From Adineta vaga (lineage: Eukaryota > Animalia > Rotifera), in NCBI GenBank assembly GCA_021613535.1, contig CP075492.1, positions 7,998,001 to 8,062,000 of the forward strand: a stretch of DNA of 64,000 bases, in the 5' to 3' direction. Below, piece after piece: positions 1 to 23,300 of the stretch. Below the pieces are notes generated by a model. That model made no database searches. It saw only the letters and a program-made list of their open reading frames with translations, and had not been told where the DNA came from. The position numbers were made by a program, and so were the translations under genes. How positions within the stretch are numbered: position 1 is the first letter of the stretch; the number at the start of each line of letters is the position of its first letter.

Positions 1-6493
<6,493 letters not shown>

Positions 6494-6995
6494 ATTTTCT
6501 TGTTCTGAATTGAAAGAAAAAGAAACATAGACATATAAGCATTTGTTGTATATAGTTCTACCATATTGATTCCATTGTTAAACCTTTATGTGAGACCTCT
6601 ATTGATCGATGAAGATTGAGAAAAAATAAATAAAAATGATTTTTATCGGACGAGAAAAATAGGAAAAAGTGAAAAAATGATTTTCAAGTTTTTCAAATTG
6701 GCGACATCTATTGTGCAGGAAATGGTAGAAATATGTCATTTGAATGAGTTTCCTTTAATTTGGAAAGAGATTTTGATATTCTTAGATGAGTTTTATAAAA
6801 CGCGGTAAAATATAGATTGAGAATAAAGTATGGATACTTCATACATATAGATAGTAGGCAGGTAGAGTAGAACAATACCATACCATGCATTGTTGAACGT
6901 ACTGATCCATCATCATTATTATGCTCATGGACTTCGTATCAGAATATTAACTTGTATTTTAGATCATTGTTTCTCATACTAATACTACGTAAACA

Positions 6996-7480
6996 ATGAC
7001 AAGTGAAAATAAAACGGAAGAATATATCAAACTTCGAGTCGTTGGACAAGATAATAGTATGGGATAAATGCATTGATATTTTTGTATAAGAGATTTCTTG
7101 AGCTTTATATTCTAGGTGAAGTTCATTTCAAAGTGAAAATGACGACAGGTATGGGTAAATTAAAAAAATCATATGCTGAACGACAAGGTAAGAAATACAT
7201 ATTTTCAGTGTTCTTTGTTCATTACTCTTTTTGTTATATTAGGTGTTAGTGTTGCAACGTTAAGGTAAACGATAGTTTCTGATTCAATAGATCAATACAA
7301 ATTTTGATTTATATAAGATTTCTTTTCGATGGTAAACGTATTAATGATGATGAAACACCAAAACAACTCGAAATGGAAGATAATGATACGATTGAAGTCT
7401 ATCAGGAACAAGTAATACAAGAATTTCGTACAATTTCATCCTAAACATTTCATTTTATCTAGGTCGGAGGACGTTCTTAA
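6996..7480 (+). CDS. SUMO: Small ubiquitin-like modifier (SUMO), 5 exons, absent from the ORF track
   Basis: Spliced translation [88 protein letters not shown], ending in the di-glycine plus a 2-aa propeptide. Confidence 0.96.
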
Positions 7481-7901
7481 AGCTACGAAACCAATCAGAT
7501 ATGTATTTTTATCCAATAGATAATCCTTCTTTTTTTTATAAAGATTCTGACAAAAGTACATCTGTATATACATATAACAACTAAAGTTCAATTGACTCTC
7601 TTCTTATGTTAGATTCTGAATAAAATATAAAACAAAAAAAACATATAATTTCTCTTTCATACAATACGATTCCATCAAAGAAATGACTAGCACTTCTTTT
7701 ATCAAACAAATGATTCCACTCATGAAAGATGTTATGTAATCATAAGAATTTACTTTTCAAACAATTCATATCAATATAAACCCAAGCACATTGAATCAAC
7801 ATATTAAAAATAATTCTTGAGAAAAGTGTATAATAGTTCATCGAATTGTTATACAGTCATAAGCATAAATATCAATGTTCTCTTCGTATATATATATTCA
7901 A

Positions 7902-10870
7902 TTACACAAATAAATTTTCTTCTTTAAGAATATTTTGATACTGTTGATTTTGTCGAAATTCACATGCTCTAGGACGATCATGTGGTGAATTTGAAAGAAG
8001 CCATCGAATTAGTTGACACTAAAAAAGAGAGAAAAATATATGTATTTCAAAATATGAAACAAATCTTGCATACCATTATTTGGTTAGATTCAAAATTGAT
8101 AGGAAATATCGGTGATTGAAAACGAATCTTTGTCAATATATGTACACGTTCCATTTGAGTTGAAAATGGATACATAAGTTCAAATAAAATAATACCTATT
8201 GCATAAATATCTACTTTTTGATTATACGATTGTCGATTGATTTGTTCGGGACTCATGTAAAGAATTGTTCCACCTAGTTCATTATTTCCATTTTGATCGA
8301 TATTTTCTATTTTATCTTCACCAAATGCAGAAACAAGACCAAAATCACCGATTTTTACAGTATTATTGATTGAGAAAAGAATATTCGATGGTTTTAAATC
8401 ACGATGAATTAATTTTTGAGAATGAATATATTCAATACCTTGAATTATTTGATCAAAGATCGACCAAGCTTCCAATTGATTGATGGATTTTTTGATTAAA
8501 CGATCACGTAATGATTCACATTGACATAATTCCATTACAAAATAAAAGTATATTGTTAAATGATTGGAGTTGTCTTCTTTAATGGATTGATCCGTTGCAG
8601 ATTTATCATCGAATGATTCTTCATTGGATGAATCGTATGAATGTTCAAATAGGGATGAATGACTATTTTCATGAATTTGAGGTGGATTCAATGATCTTTC
8701 AAAAGTAAAATCAATCATTTGTGGAAGTTCTACGGTTTGACGTTGAACAGCTGATTCAGTTGAAAATACACTCAATGAATCTCTATTAAAGAAGACGGAT
8801 AAAGAAATCTGATTCAATAAAGAACGAGATTATACTTTGTGATTTCAGTTTTCATATCGATTTCATCTTGCCATTCATTGGGTGGACATTCATCCCATGC
8901 ATAATAATACTGAATTAAATTAGGATGATTTAATACGGCCATACAACGAATTTCTTTTAATACTCGTTCTTTGCTCAATGATCTACAAATTATAAGTAAA
9001 TACCGTTTGATTGAATGAGAAAATCTTACTTTTTCAAAGATACTCTTTTGATAGCCACGCGTCGTTGATCTAATTTATTAATGGCTTCGAAAACCATACC
9101 GAATCCACCACGGCCAAGAAATCCAATATGTTCATATTCCAAAAGATATCTACATAATAGAACTGATTACAAAACAATGCAATCATTATCATCTATACCG
9201 AGATTGAAATGGTTCAGTTGATGCTAATTGACATTCAGACGTAACATCGATCGCCTCAGGTACCATCAGGTGTGTTGGTGGTTGTTGTTTTCTTTTCGTA
9301 TGCCGAATGAATATAATAGTTATAACCATGAGACAAATGCACAATAAAATCCTACATATATTCCATGTTGGCTTTAGTTGGACATCGCTTAATCTATCCG
9401 ATTTTTCTTCATCAAATATATTTTCCATTGGATGTATTAATTCTAAATATCCTTTCATATCCCATAAATCATTTTGTCTTACTATCAATGGATATTTTTG
9501 ATCATTTTTTGATGATTCCGAATTCATTGTTAGGTGACGTTGTAGATAAGTTTCATGTTTAGAAGAAGAGATTGCTCGTTTCATGCCTGACGCACTTGTA
9601 CCTAGAGTAAAATATAGATAATCATAAAAGTCATTGTACAAATGCACTAACCTGTATGTTTTCTTGCATGATGAATCAATTGTTGTTGAATACGTGAAGA
9701 AATTAATACATATGGCGTTGAATTATATTCTCCCATAAAAGCAAGACGACGTGATCGTTTTGTTTTGAAAAGAGATTTTTCTTTTAATTGACCATTTTTT
9801 AATTCCCATACTGCAGCAATCGGATTCTTAATAGATGATGTCCAGATCAGATCGTTTTTCTTATCAAAAGCGAATATCACACCGGATTGTAATTCATATT
9901 CAAAAAATACTGAAAAATAATCTGATATAAGTAAATATTTCGGCCATAGAAGAATCATTTACCAATAAGATCATTCTTAGGATAACTTCGTTCAAAAATA
10001 TCATCTTGTAAATGTGAATATAAATAAAGTAATTCATAATTGGAAACACTATATCATTGACAAGAGAAAATTTCTATTGGATGTAAATAATCTTTTTACC
10101 TAAAATTCCATTTTTCATAACCATTTCGGACGTTTCGAGCACGTACGGTTTGTTTTATTCGTTTAATAATCAGCATTGATGTAGAACATGCATCATTCTT
10201 TGACGTTGATTGATCAACGTAATGTTTTGAGAATCGATAAATTATCTGAAGATAAAGCTAATACTTTCTCAACAATATACTAACTATGCTTACTTTTCCT
10301 GTAGTTAAATCAAGACCTAATGTATCAATATCTTTTCCACCGGTCATGATTAATTCATCATGAAAATGAAATGTTGTATTTAGCAATGATTCAGCATCAA
10401 ATGGTAATGGTTCTATATGTTCCGTATGATCATGTTTTTCATAAATTCCGCCGACCAATGATGGAATAAGACGAATTGATTTAGAATTACGAATTATTTC
10501 AAATTTACTAAGACTTGAATCGATTAAAGAGGAACCCGTATGAGATGTCCATAACTGACGACCTTTTTGTCGAACATCAATTGCAGTGATCTTACCATCT
10601 AATGAGATAACATATAATACATGACTAGAATAGTACAATCACAATTACAAAAGTAAGAATTAATCGCAGGAAGAATCGTATTTACTTGAAATTATTCGTT
10701 TGTAGCTCATTTGGATTCAACAAAGCGACTGTTGCATCAGAATTTGTATTCAATAGATTGAAATTACTTTGAGTAGTGTGAAATAAGGAAATCTTTGGAT
10801 AACATAAAATCAATAGAATAACAATGATTGGTAGAGATAAAATTTCATAAAATTGTCGTAAGAAAAACAT
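7902..10870 (-). CDS. EIF2AK3: eIF2-alpha kinase PERK-like (signal peptide, IRE1/PERK luminal domain, TM helix, kinase with insert)
   Basis: Hydrophobic N-terminus; luminal [15 protein letters not shown]...LW and [10 protein letters not shown] motifs; TM segment [15 protein letters not shown]; kinase motifs [59 protein letters not shown]. Confidence 0.9.
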
Positions 10871-11625
10871 CGATTTTGAAATGGAAGAATAAATTATATA
10901 CAGATATTTACATATTACAAATCAGCATCCTCTTTAATATTTCAATCTTCGAACACTGAGTCTCAATGCAATATTCGTCAATCATGCAATGTACATATAC
11001 ACATAAAAGATGGATTCGAATGACAACCAGTTACCTACAAACACCTTTTTTGAGATTGTGGCGACACTGTACGATTGTATTACTAAGTCATTCCGCTTTT
11101 ATTTTATTATCTCAGCTGATCTCATTGTCCACATAATCATTGATATGAAAATACATTGGATTGTAATTAATAAAAGATTTCTAAGTATTTCAAACAAATA
11201 AACATAATATATTCGTTCGATGAATCACAATGAATACGATAATTAAATAATTCTATTCATTGACTTCATAAGTTTTCAGTACAATAGGTATTTTCTTTCG
11301 AGTAAAATTTAGTATGTATCTCAAAATGCAAGTTCAATATTTTTATTTTTACAAACAATTATGTTCCCTTCGTTGCAGTGAAGAAACGAAAAGAAAAAGG
11401 TTGTTTTTCCATGAAATAGAAAGGAAAAAAATGAATATGTTAAAAACTAAATAAATCTTCTCCTAATATTTACATTATACAGACAAGAAAAAAAGATATT
11501 ATGTATATTCAGAGAACAACAATGTGTCTTTTGTTTTCGTCTTATTATCATGCTTTTACACATTATATTTATGAGAAATATACAATTCAACGAAAGTTCA
11601 AACATTCTCTCTGGTCAATCGAAAT

Positions 11626-13936
<2,311 letters not shown>

Positions 13937-14543
13937 AATCATTGATTACATCACGTAGAAAAGATTGATATTAGGAAACAGCTATTTCTATTTCTTCAAT
14001 GTAATGGAGAAAAAAAAAGAAAAGAATAGGAAAGAAAAAGGGGACATGTACTTATGATAATGGAAACAACGAAAATTTTTATTGACTACGAACGATGACA
14101 AATCAGTTGATGAGGATGATGTCGCTATTTGTCAAAATCTTGCTGTTGATTGATTGATAATTTACAATCATAAACTCGAACGATATGATAATGATCGCAT
14201 ATAAATAGTAGATAAATGATCAACAAATTGTTTATTTGGAGAAAATAATTGATAATTTTATCAACAGTTTTATATATGCACGATAAGATGATAAAAACAT
14301 CATTCTTCAGATACAATTTAATCATAGAAAGTTATCTGGACGAAACGAATACACTTTTCACGAGTTAATGTGTAGCGTCAATAGTACTAGATATTCGTAG
14401 ATATTTATTTATTATATGTATATCAAAACAAAAGAAATAAAAAAAAACAACAAACACATTTCTGTACATCTAGAAAGAAAGAAAAGAACGAAGTATAATA
14501 AAGCATGACTAGTGATGATAGAAATCAAAAGTAAATGATCATA

Positions 14544-17500
14544 TTAATGTTTATTATTATGTTTATCATTGTCATTCATTAATCGATACTTGTCTGCTTT
14601 ATCTTCATCTTGATACACTTCTTGCCAAATATCTGCAAGACATACACTCGAATGAAATCGATAGAATATGGATAATGGAGAAGAAAATGCTTGAATAATT
14701 GCCCAGGTTTGAACATCATAAAATGTTCCTTGTAATGGATTTAACGTAACTTTTTTTCCTGATAAAGAATCATGTAACCAAATAGCTAAAAGAAAGACAT
14801 GAATAGGGAAAAAAGAAAGCAAGAAAGAAAATAAATGATATCTTACCTAGATTCATTAATAATAGAGCAGTAACAGTTTCTCGTCCTGGTTTACTTCGAA
14901 TTTCATGTTTAGTTGTTGTTCGTCGTTTTAATGTATCGATAATAAAATTCGTTTGTAAAAATGTTTGAAATATAGCTAAAAATCCAATAGATATTTCAAT
15001 TCCAATCGGTGTAGGACTTTTTTCAGGATCAATTAAAAGTGCTGCAAATAAACCAAAGAATGAATATGCAAAATCTCCTATGGTAGTTATTATAATCAAG
15101 ACTTGATCAAAAACATCGACATGAGCATGACGATCATAATAAAGTTTTGTTGTATGAACATATGACGCTAGTACAGTAAATAATGAAACAGCAAGTAAGA
15201 CAAGTTCAGTTATATGTGTAACAGTAGTTGCATCTTTGCTTGTTAACAGATAAGTTGGAATTAATGTTAAAATTGTTAATAAAAATAGAATACCACCAAT
15301 AAGTAGACCACGTGAAGCACGTGCACAATTAACCGTAAAAATATGACGAGCACCGAAACGTAGAAATGAACGTTTTTCAGTTTGACCAATATTTCGCCAC
15401 ATGATAAAAAATACAGTTAAAGATATTAAACTATATTCAATTAAACATGGATATAAATAGACACTAATTTTTTCTTCAATAGCACGTAAGATATCAAGTG
15501 TGCTATTGTTTTCGTCTACTAAAGCATATGGACTCAAAGACGCTTCTCGTATGACATGAAACACACTGCCATTACTGCCATTGTTATCAATAGATGAAGT
15601 AGCTGAAAAAATGAAAATGAGATTTGTGATAAAAAAAAGAGACTTTATTTCTTGTCTGTCTTTCAGATTTGTCATTCCGAGAATAGTAAAGTTCAAGATT
15701 AAAATCTTCTATACGTGTGAATGATTCATCGATTTTGAAACTAAAATTCACTACTGGATTCGTTTTTTGATCATAATTAGGTTTGAAAAACTAATTCTTT
15801 ACGCACTTGTCATGAAATCTATGGATGTTCCGGCAATAATTGTTGATGTTGTTGGGGATGTGTGTTCATTTGATGGATTTTTATGCATTTGTTCCAGTGT
15901 TTCAATTACAATAGCTTTTAGAAGAAGAATATTTATTTCATCAGATATGAAAATAAAATATTATGATTACCTTCAAACCATGTACCAAAATTCGCAATAA
16001 TTACATGAATAAGACCAATTTTGGCAATTAAATGATAACGATTAATCACTATCTACAATAAAAATCATTCAGAGAATTTCATCATTGCTAACTGCAAAAC
16101 TTACATTTCCATATCGAAATAAAAATGAAAATTGTACACAATGAAATAGAAAACGAAATATATAAGCCATTGCTTTTGTAATGGTCCCTAAGGTAGAATA
16201 CGTTTTTTGGAATCCATCACGAGTTTTTCCATTAGCATCAATAGTTGCGATTGTCTTAGCTAATTCAACTATTGTTAAGATTAAACCACCCATACAAAGT
16301 ACTACAAATAAAAAGTCGTCCTAATTGATACTTCATTGAATATTTTCGAAAATTCTTACATCCAGCGCCAATTCTCATAAATAATCCACCTGTATTATGA
16401 ATATCAGGAAAATAGAACATTGTCTGTGAATTACGTTCAATCATAACCATATAATCTTCATGATCCTTAGCAGTTTCAGTTATTTCCATCCAACTTTGAC
16501 GATATTTAATTATATCAAAAGTACACCATAACATCCATATGATCGAAACAGAATAGATATAAATATAAACACACTAATAAAAAATCATCGAAATAGAATG
16601 CAAAGAAAATTCAAAGAAAATCATACATACCGACATCGTTGTTGGAAGACTATTAGAAATATCATCTGCTTTAATAGCTAAAACAAGAATCATACAAACA
16701 ATGAATACAACTAGTAAAGCACCAGTTTCCATCATAAAATTTGATAGTGGCAATGTTCTTTTACGTTCATTTCTAGAATGAAGAAGAAGAAGAAGAAGAA
16801 GATCAAGAATTTTTGAATTGATGAAAACTAAGAACGAACGCTTCTGATTCATTTTGAGGAGATGATTTTGATTGTTGCTCTTGATTACGATATGATAAAG
16901 CAAAAGCTGGTGGTGGTGGCGGTGGTACTGATGTACGATCGGAAGATGGAGAAAATTCATCCTGATTTTCATCTTCCTCTTCTTCCTCTTCAATTTCATA
17001 ATCTTCTATTATTGTTGGTGCACGTCGAACATGATCAGATCGATAATTACGTTCATTTTGATTAATCACAACTTTTCGCCGACTTGTAATAGCAGGATCA
17101 ATTATTTCTAAACCGATACTACTACGATCATCGTTTTTTCGTTGATTCTATATAGAAAACATTTCGAAATAGTTTTTTCTTCATTTTGATTATCTTCTTA
17201 CTTCTGGGTAACGTACAAGTGGTGGTAGAAGTCTCTCATTTCGATGTCGCTGATTATTATTATTATTATTATTATTTGGCGATGTCCTTGGTGTATCAAA
17301 ATCATCAGTTTGCACCGATGAAGATACTCGACGCTCACTATAAACAGTAGCTGGTCTTGCAAATACTTTAAAAGCTCTTGGTGATTCTGATTCATCTTCA
17401 TTTATTTCATGATTGCTATGTGCATAGGTTCTATTTTTTTGCCCATCTAAAGAATAAGAGAGAATAAACAATACAGAATAGAATTTGAAGTATCTCAGTA

Positions 17501-17949
17501 CTTGATGTGGATTGTGCTGGTACTGGTGGAGGTGGTCTTCTACGAGATGAAGTGGATTGATCTGATACTGATGAAGGTACACTAGGTTTTGGTCTCGAAA
17601 TTAATGAACCATTCGATGTTAATCGTTTATGTTCTATACTTTTTGAATGTACCATTAATTCACTACCACTTGAACCAGATAATGAATCTAGAGATGCTGT
17701 TGGACTGTTGTCTTTTGAATTTGTCTGTTTATGACTAGTCGTGAATGGTATTCGAGAAAGATTTGGCGGCAGCGGAGGAAGAGGGGGTGGTGGTGGTCGT
17801 GATAAATGTGAATCGTTTGTTTGTCCGAGTGTATCAAACTTACGAACTGTATCGCGTACTAAATGTGAGTTTGTGTGTTGACTTGCCTGATTATGAAAAG
17901 ACTTGCTTGTTTGTTGCCGTGCGTGGGATGGGGGTGGTTGTTGACTCAT
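14544..17949 (-). CDS. Otopetrin-family proton channel (OtopLc-like, long Pro-rich N-terminus)
   Basis: Multi-TM protein with LYPCLIEYSLI, KPGRETVTALLLMN and the C-terminal PLSIFYRFHSSVCLADIW otopetrin signature. Confidence 0.88.
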
Positions 17950-19051
17950 AGTTTAACAAAACTTCGAATAATCAGATACAAAGCTATCTACACAAAAAAG
18001 AGAGTGCTTGATTCTTTTCTTTACAAAAAAAAGATGAGGATGATTATATGTTGGCAAAATTTTTATCATATCTTTTTTTTCTTCTTTTATTAATACAATT
18101 GATAACTTCGTTTAAAAGGACATGCTAAAGATAAATCCATGTTATCAGTCGCAGATCACATTTTTTTAATATAAACTTGCATATGTCACATTTATGGTTG
18201 CTAAAACATATTTCTTGTTTTTAATGAATCACACATTTAAGAAATTTTAGTAGTTACATTAGTAAAGTATCAGATAATATGCGTTTACTTGAAGAACTTA
18301 AGATTTTATTAATTATGCACATGATACAATAGTCCCTATATTCGACATCCTATGCTTATAATCTTAAAGGATGGATAAGATTCATGTCAAGTATATTATT
18401 GTTACGAAAATGATTTAAGTTATAAATTTCTGTAATTTCAATGACCAATGAAAATATTTATCGAAAGTATAATGTAATTTCGAAAGAAAAATTTCTTTAT
18501 TTGATAATGATTTATTTTTCATATAATTGCATTTAGAACTGATAAGATAAACTGTCCTTGCAAGTTAAATAGCATATATGCAACGTCATAAGAAGATTGT
18601 AATCCGATTAAATTCATTGTATCTGATAGTTCTAATAACAAAATCAAAATATTGACTTAGCCTCTTTTCCAATCAATAATTAACATTAAAAATGAACTAG
18701 ATGATCCAATTATTTCATAAAATAAATCTTTACCACTAAAAAATGGTTCGCAAAGTAATAAATCAAGGTTTTTTTTATCTTTCATATAAAATTCTCATTA
18801 AAGAAACAGATTAAAGTCTTTGGTGGTAAAAATACTTTTCTTATCTTTTGTTGAGTATTTATGATAGAAATAAAAATCCTTTATATCGACTATACTCTTT
18901 CAACATGTCCAATACTTCATGTTTTATATTGATAGTTACCAAGACAATATTCGAACTAACATTTCTTTTTCTCCAATATATAATCATAAAACTTTACATT
19001 CGATAAATAGCTTGTTCGAAGTCTTCTTACATTAAAAAGTGTCCAAGAACA

Positions 19052-20140
19052 ATGACGACCACATCTTCACGTCCACCAACTGGTGATAACGACCAAATTC
19101 AAAATCACAATCACAATCAATCACAAAATCAGTTCACACCAACACAAAGACGGCAATCGGATATACCAACAAATTTTGTTCTTGGACGGCCTCATACTGG
19201 TCCCAGTCGAGGTAGTAATAGCCAACGAAATGCCAATGGAACTGGTTTTTATACTAAAACAACTGATGCCGAACATAATGTAGATTTATTGGAACATTTA
19301 TCAATGGATATGGCTAATTTACTTAATCGAACAGATATTAGCGATTGTTTTCTGAATGTGAAAGGTAAAGAAAAGAAATTAGAGAATTTATACATGTAAA
19401 TGAAGATAACGTTTTCTTTTAGGAACTTTCATGGCTGTTCATAAGTGTGTTCTTGCTGCTCGTTCAAATGCTTTTGCTGGTAAGCAGACAGAAACGTCGA
19501 GGAAATTGTGATGATTTAGTAAATTTTCTTCTAGCTGTTATTTCGGGTAATTTCAATCGATTGGAAACAAGTAAACGAGATCAATTGGAAACATTAACAC
19601 ATAAAGATAAATTAGTTATCGTTATCAATAAAACCGATCCTGAAATTATGAAACAAGTCGTTGTTTTTATGTATACCGCTAAATGTGATTTAAATGAAGG
19701 CAATGGTAAATAGTTGTTTTTCAAAATAAACTATGATTGTCTATATTTCATCATTTAAGCATTTGATCTTCTTGATGCTGCTGGCCGTTATGATATCAAA
19801 GATCTAAAAGTACATACTGGTCGATGTAAGTTTCTCTTGTATTCTTTTTTTTTCTTCAATTCATCAAATTTTCGACATTTCAGTTCTTGTCAATCGTATT
19901 GATTCGAACAATGTTCTTATGTTGCTCAAAGCAGCATACAAATATGATAATAAATTGGTAAAACAACATTGTATTGAATATTTTATTAATCATGCTAAAG
20001 AAATAATGGATATACATGAATTGTGGAAACAATTTGCTGAAGAACAACAACCAATTGTTGCTGAACTTCTACATTGGCTTGTTAACAAACAGTTATTCTA
20101 TAATGAAAAACCTCAATGGGACGCAAATTCACGTTGGTAA
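19052..20140 (+). CDS. BTB/POZ domain protein (SPOP-like BTB plus BACK-like helices, no MATH domain)
   Basis: SDCFLNVKG|TFMAVHKCVLAARSNAF, DPEIMKQVVVFMYTAKC, LLDAAGRYDIKDLK and NVLMLLKAAYKYD across 5 exons. Confidence 0.85.
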
Positions 20141-20322
20141 TTGAATAAGAATACACACATATTAATTAACAAAAGAAATGAGAAGAAGAAATAAACTACG
20201 TAGATAAAATAAGATTTTTTTTACATATATATAAAGACATTCTTTTGATTGAAAATTCTCTTTTTTTTCTATATATATATATAAAATAAAAAATAAAAAT
20301 AGTCCACCGGATCATTGCATAA

Positions 20323-23300
20323 TTAGATTGGTAAATGTACTTGACCATAGAAATCAATTTCATCATCAAATATACTTCCTTCTTCTTCATCTCCATCAAG
20401 CTAAATAGAAAACAAAAGAGATTGAATGCAGATTTTCCAATAAGCAAAAAAAACAACAAATCATTTTACTTCATTGAGTTCGCGTTCAGTAAAAACACAT
20501 GGAAGACACCATTTTCGAAGTGGGACAAGTAGAACAAGTATAAACGGGAAAAGAAAGGCAAAACTTGTTATTTTTATGGCAATTAATAACCCAGCAGCAA
20601 TAATTTGAATAATTGTATAAATAAAACGTTTTGTCTGTCGAACCTAACGAAAGAAATCAATCATGTTAAGAAAAATAATAATTAAAGACAAACTCGTCTT
20701 AAATATCCAACATTGGGATGATATTTCGTTGGTATAAAGATCATTTTCATTCGACTAAATAATTGTGTACCTGGGATGGAAACAATACCAAAATATAAAA
20801 ATATACCAAATAGAGCAGCCACTGGAATTTTACGAATAATTGTTCCGGCAAAGATTGTACAACCAATAAGAATATGTACACCTATATTTGTTAAACGTTG
20901 ATCTTTTATATCAATTAAACGAGGTTTTTCTCCGGGTGCATGAGTTTTACTGTATCGCGAGAGACTAGCAACATGAGCAATACTTCGAACAGGTGCTGCA
21001 CATATCCATGGAAGTCCAAAAAGTCCACTGATAGATATCAAAACACCTGTAATGAAACAAAATGAAATGAAGCGTCAAAAATGAATCAAAACATTTCTTT
21101 CTACCTGCAATAAGAATATCAAGATGATAACCAGTTCCTTTAATTACTTTCGATGAATGAACACATTTGAGTTTAGACTGTATCATAATGCTTTAGAAAA
21201 AAGAAAGAATTTGCGATTTATTCATGTAGTTTTGTCAATTTTCTTTTACCTAGTTAATTCTACTTCGAAAAACAGCACCACAGAGATTAGGACAGCAGGA
21301 AATGATGATGCAAAATAAGCCCACAATGGAATACTTCGACGAAATGGTGATATAAACCAGAGATTTCCACGTTCTCGATCACTAGGTCGAATAGACCTTG
21401 GTACAGTAATTTTCTAAAATAAAACAAGAATTTTCTTTATTGATACTCCTTTTGTAAAGGTTACCTGAGTTAAACTATGACCACCTGTATTTTTCGTTAT
21501 TAACATATCAAACAGCACCATACATATCAAAGCAATTGTCATTCCAAAATCACTTAATGTTTGTCTTGTCTAAAAAGAAACGAAAATCATTAATAAGAAA
21601 TAAATTATTTAAAGAAGTTTACTTACTGTTCGACCAAAGAAATTACTTCGTCGAAAACGTTTCAATGCTACAGAAATAAAGCACGTACCAAGAAGAATAA
21701 TAAATGAAAGAAGTGCTTTATTAGGTAAATTAGTTTCGTCGCTTGAGATTGACGTATAATTTGATTTTAATAGAGAAGATGACGATGATGTGTAACGTTT
21801 CGGTGAGATACACTGATAGCATGAATAATTTGATAATGAAAAATTTTCCGGATAAGTATAAGGAGTATCAAATGACAATGTTGTATTGAATAGAGATGAT
21901 ATATTACATGAACATGTTAATGGATAATCATAATGATAATTAGATAGAACTGGATTCGAACGAAAGATCTTATAGAAAGAGAGAGTGATAGATAGATAGA
22001 ATAGTTTTATTGGATGATTTACCTTGTAGAGCTTTTTAAATGGTTCATAGAGATAAATAACAGCAATAATTAGTGCAAAAATTTCTTCAGTAAATCGTGT
22101 GACATGACGAATCATAAAACTTCCTTCAAATGCCACTAGGAGAATTATAAACAATGTGGTCCATAGACTAACACAACAGCGAACAGTCCAAAAATCTGCT
22201 TGTAATGAATGACAGAGCTAAAGAAAAACATAATTCAATTTTTGATCTTTAGTTTTGAATAGAAAAGCAAGTCAAAATTTTTATTATTGCGAGTACATTT
22301 TGTCTTTAAGAGAAGTGCCAAACACTTGAATAAGAATAGATCCGGAACTTAGCTCTGATATATTTCTAAGAAAATGATTCTTTATGAATCTCTATCGACA
22401 ATTCTCCAGCTTTCAATAGATATATTTACATCATAAACCATTTCTTCAAAGACAAGAAATGGTCCAGTTGGTCCAAGAATCATCAATGGCTGTCCACTAA
22501 CAAATCCAAATAAGAAACCATTGACTGACGATGCTATTAACATTTCATTAACACCCAATCTATTATTTGTTTTATCAGCTAAACAAACAAATAAATGATT
22601 GACAATATTTTCTCGACAAATAGAACATTTTTCTTTACCTATAATACCACCGAATGTTAATGCTGGTGCAAGACATGCAATAAACATAAAGACAAGACTC
22701 ACAAAACAATTCAGACTAAATGCATCTAGAAAATCGGATTTATAATGATCGTAACGACGACGCATTTCACGACAAACACCACCAAAAACAAAGCCACTTC
22801 GTTGAAAAGGATCTTCATCATGTTTATCACGAGATAATGAAGACATTTGTGCTAAAAAATAGATTTTATAGGAAATACAACGATCATACTTCAAACGACA
22901 TACATAATAGAATTTTTGCTGCTAAAATAAAAAACAAGTCGATTTATAAGTAAATTAACTATTCTAATAAATATCTACCTTGTGATGGTTGATGTTCAGT
23001 ATCATGTAATCGATCAATATATTGAGATTGTAATCGAGTTGAACGTCGTTTCATATTCATTTTCTTCATTTTATTTGTTTCAATAATTGGTAATAATAAT
23101 TCTTTATCGAAATCACCCGGTGGCAAAACAATTGAATCCGAAAGAAAATCATTAACACCTTGAAGTAAATCACGACGATCCATTGCTTGATAAGCAGTTT
23201 CTCGAAAATTCTAATAGAAGAGAAAATGAAGCAAAAACGTTTTTTTTTCAAATTCTAATAAATACCAAAGTACTAAAAAGTGTGCTTAATGCACGACCAA